Shown here piece by piece: positions 58,291-64,000 of a stretch of DNA of 64,000 nt. Origin of the DNA: a virus; UHGV virus genome UHGV-1374396; one strand, written 5' to 3'. The position numbers were made by a program, and so were the translations under genes. Below the pieces are notes generated by a model. It was not told where the DNA came from, ran no database searches, and worked only from the letters and a program-made list of their open reading frames with translations. Numbering within the stretch: the stretch's first letter is position 1; the number at the start of each line of letters is the position of its first letter.

Positions 58291-59793
58291 TTATATTGGT
58301 GATATGACAGTGTTACTTTTACCTTTACGAATGTGGTTAGTTATAGCTTTACCCATAATATCATCATCAGCAAATACATCTTCTGATAAGGCATCTTCTC
58401 CTTCAGAGTTAGATTTATGTTTACCCATAGCTACCGGTCTATTGAAACTATCATAGATGAAGGTTTTGGATTCGTATATAAAGAAAGGGTCTTTTACGAT
58501 TATGTTATCATTTCTTATATCTTCCTCTAAACCATTTATAATAACAGATCTGTTTTTTGCAGTAGTAAGCCAACCTGGAGCCTTATCAACTTCGGGTCTG
58601 GTTTTACCCTTTTTCTTAATCATTTTCTGATAGTAGTACAACCTTGGGTAACCTTCAGTCTGTAACATTGATGTTACAGCTAAACCTACGTCATTAGATT
58701 CTGGTGCTAGAGTAGCCCAGTTAAATAATTGACCAGTATCACCTAATAGTCTAGCATATTTTTCAATTGGCATTCTACCTTTATATACTGCATTCTCTTC
58801 ACCATCTTTATCCATACAGGTAAATGATGAGTAGTCGGAAGCTCTACCAGTTGCAACGTCTGCTCCTATAAAATAAGATTTAGTTTCGTCTGGTAAATTG
58901 AATTGTAAATACTGACCGTTATATCTACGTTTTATTACTGGGTATTCTGATAGACAATCTTCGATAGCTTTGATATCCATCAAATCAAATACTGAGTTAC
59001 CAGAACTAAGGAAGTCTCCATCAATCTCTTGGGCAGTACGTTTTGGTCCAAGGTTTTTTGACATAACATTATACCATTCCTGGTCACGTTCTGGGTGCAT
59101 TTCCCAGAAAAGACGTATAGCATTAAAGTTATTACCTCCAGATATTGCATCTTGCCAAGTCTTATAATAGAAGCCTTGAGAACCGTATGGTGTACTGTTA
59201 ACAATAGCACTACCTCCAGTAGATAGTGTTGGTAGAGCTGCTGCCCAAATTTGACCTGCCCATCTTACAATAGCGGCTTCGTCTATAACCAATAGAGATA
59301 GTGATTCAGAACGACCTGCTTCAGAAGATGTTGGAATTGATTCTATAAATGAACCATTCGCAAATTCAATCATTGAAGAACTACCATACTCACCTGGACG
59401 ACCGTTTGTAATGGGTACCTGCATATACCAAGGTAAGTTCTTGTACATGAACTTGATCTTCTTAAGTACTTTCTTAGCAGTAGTATCTTTAATAGATATA
59501 ATATTTACCTTCTTATTGGGATGGTACATTGTTAACCAAAGACAATATGCCGATATAAGCTCAGTAATACCAGCCTGTCTAAACTTGAGTATGATGTTGA
59601 ATCTCTGTAAGACAAACTGGTATAAAACTGATTTTTGATAAGGGTATAGGTCGAATCTAACCTTACCTCTTACCGGGTGTATAAGCCATAAGAATTGTGT
59701 AAAATAGAATACATCTTTACTAACTTTAGCTAAGTTTGATATCTCATCTTTGGTAAGACCTTGTGTTGAAGTATCAATTTTTATTTTAGCCAT
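58291..59793 (-). CDS. Terminase large subunit
   Basis: ATPase Walker B SLLVIDEAAIV. C-terminal nuclease-domain acidic residues (YFIGADVATGRASDYSSFTCMD, DVGLAV). 500 aa. Confidence 0.7.
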   Translation of the reverse strand: MAKIKIDTSTQGLTKDEISNLAKVSKDVFYFTQFLWLIHPVRGKVRFDLYPYQKSVLYQFVLQRFNIILKFRQAGITELISAYCLWLTMYHPNKKVNIISIKDTTAKKVLKKIKFMYKNLPWYMQVPITNGRPGEYGSSSMIEFANGSFIESIPTSSEAGRSESLSLLVIDEAAIVRWAGQIWAAALPTLSTGGSAIVNSTPYGSQGFYYKTWQDAISGGNNFNAIRLFWEMHPERDQEWYNVMSKNLGPKRTAQEIDGDFLSSGNSVFDLMDIKAIEDCLSEYPVIKRRYNGQYLQFNLPDETKSYFIGADVATGRASDYSSFTCMDKDGEENAVYKGRMPIEKYARLLGDTGQLFNWATLAPESNDVGLAVTSMLQTEGYPRLYYYQKMIKKKGKTRPEVDKAPGWLTTAKNRSVIINGLEEDIRNDNIIVKDPFFIYESKTFIYDSFNRPVAMGKHKSNSEGEDALSEDVFADDDIMGKAITNHIRKGKSNTVISPI

Positions 59794-60647
59794 TTGTTGA
59801 ATTTATAAGTAACTTCTACTTGTATATCTGTATAAATATTTTTCTCTAATCGAGGATCTCTGTTTAATGAAATACCCAGGTTATAATCTAACCGCCTAGT
59901 CTTGAAGGAAATTCCCGGTGTTATAGATAATGATTTCGAAAATACATTATACCGTACTGAAGTAAAAGGTTGTACATATAGGTAGCTAGATTTATTTCTA
60001 GTTAAACCGTTTGGAGTCCAATTGTATTTATAACGTTCAAAATCAACTGAGTAATCTTTGGTTTGATATACATCAGCTGATTTGTTATAACTAGTGAATT
60101 GTATGTTATTCCGATTTAATAGTACCTGAACTAAAGAATCCTTTGTGGGGCTAAAGTTACCAAAATCTGTAGATGTAAAATCTCTGAAGTAATAATCCTG
60201 TGGAAAATCTCTATTGACCTGTTTACTATGAATGTTACTATCTACGACTTTAAAGCTATTACTTGAAGATGGCAAATCAGAATTACTACTTCCAGATTTG
60301 ATATCTTTAGTACCCCAATAAAGGATCTTTGTTGGCATCATCGTTTGACTGTACTTAGGGATCTCTTTAAAACTATCTTCTGTGGTATGTATCTTAGTTT
60401 CCTGTTCTACAACTTTGGAAGAATTGTTTTCCTTAGTTTTAGTTACAACGACTACTGAAGTAGGATTTAACTTCGGTTGATAAGCTGTTAACTGTTTGCT
60501 AAGTGAATAATTCCTGAAGCAAAGATATATAGTTACTCCAAGTAAAATCATGATGATAGAATTCTTGAGAAAATCTCTTAAATTTGAACCAACATATCTT
60601 CCCTCATCTGAGTAGTATCTATGTATGTACTTTTTTAGTTTCTTCAT
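59781..60647 (-). CDS. Hypothetical protein with N-terminal transmembrane anchor and Ser/Asn/Thr-rich body
   Basis: TM segment SIIMILLGVTIYLCF near the N-terminus. Ends in an aromatic-rich beta-like C-terminus ...VEVTYKFNKWLK. Confidence 0.4.
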   Translation of the reverse strand: MKKLKKYIHRYYSDEGRYVGSNLRDFLKNSIIMILLGVTIYLCFRNYSLSKQLTAYQPKLNPTSVVVVTKTKENNSSKVVEQETKIHTTEDSFKEIPKYSQTMMPTKILYWGTKDIKSGSSNSDLPSSSNSFKVVDSNIHSKQVNRDFPQDYYFRDFTSTDFGNFSPTKDSLVQVLLNRNNIQFTSYNKSADVYQTKDYSVDFERYKYNWTPNGLTRNKSSYLYVQPFTSVRYNVFSKSLSITPGISFKTRRLDYNLGISLNRDPRLEKNIYTDIQVEVTYKFNKWLK

Positions 60648-60667
60648 ATTATTTCAATTACTGTTCA

Positions 60668-60716
60668 CTAAAACAGCCTGGCTGTTTTAGTCTAAACGAG
60701 GCGTAGCCGAGTTTAG
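60668..60716. promoter_or_regulatory. Two adjacent hairpins: ctaaaacagc-ctg-gctgttttag (perfect 10-bp stem) and ctaaac-(14 nt)-gtttag
   Basis: Inverted repeats read directly in the 74-bp intergenic gap 60648-60721. Confidence 0.35.
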
Positions 60717-60721
60717 AAACC

Positions 60722-61000
60722 TTAAACTGTTCTTTTCAAAAGTTCTTTAACTACTGCAGAATCTTCTTGACTAAGATCACTCTTAAGAATGTATATCTTG
60801 ATACTGAATGTATGTCTAGATTCTACAGTTTCAAACTTAACCTTAAAACCATCAACCAATAGTTTCATGGTTTTATACAACTTCTTAAGTGTTTCAGTTG
60901 TTAAGTAACTTTTAGAGAATATCTCTCTTGTAAATTCTGATTTATCCATATTCTTGTTCTTTGTTTGTAAACATATAGTTCCTTGGTAGCTAGAAGGCAA
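60722..61000 (-). CDS. Hypothetical small protein
   Basis: 92-aa ORF with no TM segment. It is the first minus-strand gene after the 370-bp non-coding region. Confidence 0.35.
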   Translation of the reverse strand: MPSSYQGTICLQTKNKNMDKSEFTREIFSKSYLTTETLKKLYKTMKLLVDGFKVKFETVESRHTFSIKIYILKSDLSQEDSAVVKELLKRTV

Positions 61001-61059
61001 CCTTAATAACTCTAGGTACCTTTCAAAAGTTGAAAGTTAGTACTAGTTTTAAAGCTACG

Positions 61060-61076
61060 TAGTTCAGTTTTTAAGC
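61060..61076. promoter_or_regulatory. Perfect hairpin ctttcaa-aag-ttgaaag
   Basis: 7-bp stem with a 3-nt loop. The motif TTTCAAAAGTTG recurs as TTTCAAAAAGTTG at 61137-61149. Confidence 0.35.
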
Positions 61077-61090
61077 TAAAATACTACACG

Positions 61091-61139
61091 TAGCTTTTTC
61101 AAAAAGTTGTAAAAAAGGCTACTTTTTGCCAAGAGCTAG
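61091..61139. promoter_or_regulatory. Hairpin aaagctacgtag...ctacacgtagcttttt (about 10-bp stem, ~25-nt loop) followed by a T5 run on the plus strand
   Basis: Inverted repeat agctacgtag / ctac(ac)gtagct. Confidence 0.3.
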
Positions 61140-61286
61140 GCATACATAACTAGTTCATTATCAATTAGTTACGAAGAAAACGGAGCGGCAAGCGAATTAA
61201 GACTTGAATTACTTTAGTAATTCTAAGTCTTATAACCTATACCTTATACGTTATTAGTTACCAGATAACGTTATTATGCTATATAT

Positions 61287-61342
61287 AAAAAAAGAAAAAA
61301 AGGTATATATTTATATATATATACCCAAAAAAAGAAAAAAAA
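61287..61342 (-). terminator. Intrinsic terminator for the MTase/endolysin transcript: A7GA7 - ggtatatat/atatatacc hairpin - A7GA8
   Basis: The minus-strand RNA would read U-run, hairpin GGUAUAUAU...AUAUAUACC, U-run. A direct 15-nt A-rich repeat flanks the palindrome. Lies 30 nt downstream of the 61371 stop. Confidence 0.45.
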
Positions 61343-61370
61343 TACAATACCCGGCTCTAGAGACGAAAGG

Positions 61371-62402
61371 CTAACGATTAAGGCAATTGATGAACCATAA
61401 ACCCACTTCGTACACAGAGCCCTTTGCTAAGGCATACCTTGCCTTATTGAGGTAGTAATTGTAATTCGATGTATTCATGTAAACCTTAAACTCATTCGGA
61501 AAGCCCATTATGTTTTTGAAGTCCTTAATCCCAATAGGCCAACCATCAGGTCTAAATTGCCTATCTGCAGGTCTTAAGGTTAATGGAGCCTTATCCCATT
61601 CCAATCTGTAAACTCCAGGTAATGTTGACATCTTAGCTGTTTTGATTGGCCACTTCTTTTCATGTTTGAAATCATTAACCCAAAGGTCATGTATCTGACC
61701 TACACTGAGATTAATCTTCTTTGGGAGTTTACGGTAGTCATACATTGCAAGTACTTTATCTGACTTCGGTATCCAGTTACAGGACTCATTGATGTTAGAA
61801 CATAAGTCTAAGTCCATAACTAGAGGTTCTAATACACCTTTGGTATCTTTCAAACTATTAACTTTAAACAACGTATCAAATTTGTTCAACAGCTTTGCTT
61901 TCTTCTTAAGCACTCCAACTATTACTAAACGTTTTCTAGATAGTTGAGAATTACCAAACTCGGATACTGAACAACAATGATAGATTAGTTTATACTCAGG
62001 TAATGATTCTTCAAAGTAAGTCTTAGGTAGTAGACTTAATAATCTGGGTAGATTCTCTAAAAGAAACATCTTAGGTTTGAAATGATTGATAGCTTCTAAT
62101 ACTAGATTCAAACTCTTATTCTTCTCGGGTTTACCAAGTTGTTTAACCTTTGAAAGTCTCATAATAGAAGATGCTCCACAGTCTGGAGAACTAACTATTA
62201 CATCAACTTTCTTATCAATCACATCTTCTAAGTTTCTTGTAAACAATGAACTACCAAAGTTACCTTTCCATTGTTCTTCTTTCTTAGTATGAAATACTGC
62301 TCTTGGTTCTACGTTACCAATGATATTATGTTTAGCCAGTTTCCAAGGGAATAATAAAGCTCCCTGACCAGCTGATACACCTAAAACGTTATACTTTCTC
62401 AT
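61371..62402 (-). CDS. DNA (cytosine-5) methyltransferase homolog with atypical motifs I and IV
   Basis: Aligns with M.HhaI across the catalytic domain: VLGVSAGQGALLF (motif I FAGLGGF), NFG, DVIVSSPDCGASS (motif IV DILCAGFPCQAFS), KPKMFLLENLPRL (motif VI KPKVVFMENVKNF), C-terminal IMGFPNEFKV (motif IX MGYPDSYKV). Pro-Cys is replaced by Asp-Cys. Confidence 0.6.
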   Translation of the reverse strand: MRKYNVLGVSAGQGALLFPWKLAKHNIIGNVEPRAVFHTKKEEQWKGNFGSSLFTRNLEDVIDKKVDVIVSSPDCGASSIMRLSKVKQLGKPEKNKSLNLVLEAINHFKPKMFLLENLPRLLSLLPKTYFEESLPEYKLIYHCCSVSEFGNSQLSRKRLVIVGVLKKKAKLLNKFDTLFKVNSLKDTKGVLEPLVMDLDLCSNINESCNWIPKSDKVLAMYDYRKLPKKINLSVGQIHDLWVNDFKHEKKWPIKTAKMSTLPGVYRLEWDKAPLTLRPADRQFRPDGWPIGIKDFKNIMGFPNEFKVYMNTSNYNYYLNKARYALAKGSVYEVGLWFINCLNR

Positions 62403-62995
62403 CCTGGAAATTGTTTTACGAACTGATTATAAGCTGCCTGTAATTTAGTATCATAACTATTTTGTTTATAACCCGGTCCATTATATCTTCTAGCAAATTC
62501 TGACCACTGTCTAGTGTTCAAATACTTAATAATACCAGTAGTATTAAGAAAATTAATCAATAACTCTAGCTGGTTATCTTCTGATTGGGTGTTTAGGTTT
62601 ACAAACTCATCAACGTTTTTACATTTACAAGCGGCATAATTTAGGCCCATTATTTGGAATAATCCCCAACTAGCAGATTTTAATGCTGCCTCCCTATCAA
62701 TAACCATAGCTCTTTTAAGACGTGTCCATTCTAATTCTCCGCCTTTGTACTTAGCTTTATTCCATGTAGGATACACTATATCGGGTTCGGTTTTTAACAG
62801 TCTTTGTAAGTCTTTATTACCTTTCTTCTTCAACTCTGCATAAAACACATGGCCTTCAAATAGTATTTTACAACGTTTTGAGGGTAAAAATCCACCTCCA
62901 ACTCCTGATTCTACCAGTTTTACAGCTAGCAATGATGCTGGATGTATACCGTGTTGTCTAGCAATTTCTGCTATTCGATTATTAGTTAAACTCAT
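62399..62995 (-). CDS. Endolysin, DUF3380-type N-acetylmuramidase
   Basis: LLAVKLVESGVGGGFLPSKRCKILFEGHVF and C-terminal RRYNGPGYKQNSYDTKLQAAY match the DUF3380 phage muramidase pattern. Confidence 0.55.
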   Translation of the reverse strand: MSLTNNRIAEIARQHGIHPASLLAVKLVESGVGGGFLPSKRCKILFEGHVFYAELKKKGNKDLQRLLKTEPDIVYPTWNKAKYKGGELEWTRLKRAMVIDREAALKSASWGLFQIMGLNYAACKCKNVDEFVNLNTQSEDNQLELLINFLNTTGIIKYLNTRQWSEFARRYNGPGYKQNSYDTKLQAAYNQFVKQFPG

Positions 62996-63158
62996 ATACT
63001 ATAATTTTATGTTAATTAATATGTAGAATACAAGGGAGTATTGCTATAAGGCCTGTCTGTTACAGATTTATAGGTAATATTTTCAACGCATTTAGTTAAT
63101 AAACTGTTAAATAGGCTTACAGTAAAGCTACCTCAAGCCGGAGAAAGGTATTTCAAGA

Positions 63159-63190
63159 TTTGCATAATTAAAAAAATATTAGTATATTTG
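63159..63190 (+). promoter_or_regulatory. Bacteroidetes-type promoter: -33 TTTG (63159-63162), 20-nt spacer, -7 TATATTTG (63183-63190), then GCAATAT
   Basis: gaTTTGCATAATTAAAAAaatattagTATATTTGCAATATaaaataaaac...ATG(63226). The TTTGCATAATTAAAAA half is identical to the 1560-1580 copy. Confidence 0.5.
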
Positions 63191-63225
63191 CAATATAAAA
63201 TAAAACAATAATAATTTTATAATTT

Positions 63226-63627
63226 ATGGAGAAAATAAAACTAACAAGTAGAGATCAAGTACTATTCTACGATGGTAAATCAATCATTGAATTAGTATCA
63301 GTAAAGAGTTTAATCAAGGACAGTGATGAAATACTGCTTTCCAATGGGGTTAAAATAAAGATGGAATCCAATAAAACTGGTGATTTCAGAAGAACCGATT
63401 ATAAGAGAACTGAATTTAGAAAAGAAGGTTATCTTGGTTTCATTAGAAAATACGAAGAAGGTTCAACTGATAAATACCATCAGTTTTATAATGCTATCTT
63501 AGCTAAGATAGGGTTAAAGGTAAAGCTTAATAAGATAATGAATTTATTAACTTCAACTCCAAATGAGCTTATATTAGATACAGAAAGCCAGGAATATTTA
63601 ATCAAACTTAATAAAAAGATAAAGTAA
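63226..63627 (+). CDS. Hypothetical early protein
   Basis: 133-aa ORF downstream of the conserved promoter module. Confidence 0.45.
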   Translation: MEKIKLTSRDQVLFYDGKSIIELVSVKSLIKDSDEILLSNGVKIKMESNKTGDFRRTDYKRTEFRKEGYLGFIRKYEEGSTDKYHQFYNAILAKIGLKVKLNKIMNLLTSTPNELILDTESQEYLIKLNKKIK

Positions 63628-63804
63628 ATGTACATCATTTTAATAATATACGTAATGTGTTTGCCTATCAGTTTAATGTTACTGGCAAATAGGGATTCAC
63701 TCCAAGCAGTAGATAAAAGAGAAAACTCTTTACTGTTATTCTTCAAAATATGGTTAATATCACCATTCTTTATACTCAGAATGATAATCAATAAATTCTT
63801 CTAA
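63628..63804 (+). CDS. Small two-TM membrane protein (58 aa); start overlaps the upstream stop (TAAATG)
   Basis: MYIILIIYVMCLPISLMLLANRDSLQAVDKRENSLLLFFKIWLISPFFILRMIINKFF. Not in the supplied ORF track because it is shorter than 60 aa. Confidence 0.4.
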   Translation: MYIILIIYVMCLPISLMLLANRDSLQAVDKRENSLLLFFKIWLISPFFILRMIINKFF

Positions 63805-63805
63805 T

Positions 63806-64000
63806 ATGTATTTACACTTTAATCACAAAGGTCAGTTTAAGGGTTACTCTCAAAAGGTACCCTTCTGGCTATTCTGGCCAGTTTGGATTTATATAATAGC
63901 CTTTCCTTTATTCCTATTTATAGGAGGTCACTTATTACCATTCATAATATTCTATGCCTGGAATCATATTATAATTCCTTGGGAACCCTGGATAAAGAAA
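63806..64000 (+). CDS. Membrane protein, partial (runs off the window end)
   Basis: MYLHFNHKGQFKGYSQKVPFWLFWPVWIYIIAFPLFLFIGGHLLPFIIFYAWNHIIIPWEPWIKK... with no stop in the window. Confidence 0.4.
   Translation, partial: MYLHFNHKGQFKGYSQKVPFWLFWPVWIYIIAFPLFLFIGGHLLPFIIFYAWNHIIIPWEPWIKK

Noticed and set aside
61371-62402. Interpreting the MTase homolog as a pseudogene because of the PC to DC change
   Set aside because: The reading frame is intact over 343 aa. All other blocks (motif VI ENL, motif IX/X, target-recognition region) are preserved, and the Cys is retained. A functional but atypical enzyme is more parsimonious.
63486-63791. Minus-strand 101-aa ORF
   Set aside because: It overlaps the plus-strand 133-aa and 58-aa genes that sit downstream of a clear promoter. 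Its composition is that of an antisense AT-rich reading frame.
1-64000. CRISPR array, tRNA genes, integrase/attachment sites, IS elements
   Set aside because: There are no regularly spaced identical repeats with unique spacers. No T-loop consensus was found by eye. No tyrosine- or serine-recombinase-like ORF is present. The content is consistent with a virulent phage, not a prophage or island.

Overview
This window reads as a contiguous stretch of a virulent, contractile-tailed (myovirus-like) dsDNA phage genome. It is AT-rich (roughly 35% GC, estimated by eye) and densely packed, with about 60 kb of genes on the minus strand and only two short plus-strand islands (26783-27433 and 63226-64000). 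Both plus-strand islands sit at divergent-promoter regions. A repeated promoter module of the Bacteroidetes sigma-A type (TTTG, 19-20 nt spacer, TAnnTTTG) argues for a Bacteroidetes host such as Flavobacteriia or Bacteroidia.

Gene order, given in coordinate order (transcription on the minus strand runs the opposite way):
- Early and regulatory genes (1-3.3 kb), including a NusG-like NGN+KOW protein.
- Recombination and repair (3.3-10.8 kb): Hjc-type resolvase, SbcC/SbcD (gp46/47-like), nucleotide kinase, flap endonuclease/RNase H, UvsX/RecA, putative SSB, GroES-like co-chaperonin.
- Replication and nucleotide metabolism (11.5-26.6 kb): family-A DNA polymerase, a thymidylate-synthase-family enzyme whose specificity residue is Asp rather than Asn (dCMP-type), a MazG-like protein, a dUTPase/dCTP-deaminase homolog, NAD-dependent ligase, a ThyX-fold protein, SF2 helicase, primase, DnaB-like helicase.
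- One plus-strand sigma-factor-like gene at 26783-27433.
- Tail fiber and baseplate (27.5-38.9 kb): gpV, gp25/W and J-like proteins, a LysM gpX-like protein.
- Tail (38.9-45.8 kb): tape measure, a tail assembly chaperone with a canonical -1 programmed frameshift, tube and sheath.
- Uncharacterised structural proteins (45.8-53.5 kb), including a 785-aa coiled-coil fibre with an internal duplication.
- Head (53.6-58.2 kb): major capsid, a scaffold/protease-like protein with tandem repeats, portal.
- Large terminase (58.3-59.8 kb).
- A 370-bp gene-free region rich in hairpins and repeats (61.0-61.4 kb).
- A divergent C5-cytosine-methyltransferase homolog and a DUF3380-type endolysin (61.4-63.0 kb).
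- A plus-strand small-membrane-protein operon at the window edge.

I found no tRNA and no CRISPR array. The most interesting content is a T4-like but non-identical nucleotide-level cytosine-modification module (TS-Asp enzyme, a possible degenerate TS paralog, MazG-like and dUTPase-family proteins, a kinase), plus a ThyX-fold protein and an atypical C5-MTase homolog. Also notable are four tandem micro-ORFs encoding single-pass membrane peptides, a frameshifted tail chaperone, and a conserved early-promoter module shared by three genes.
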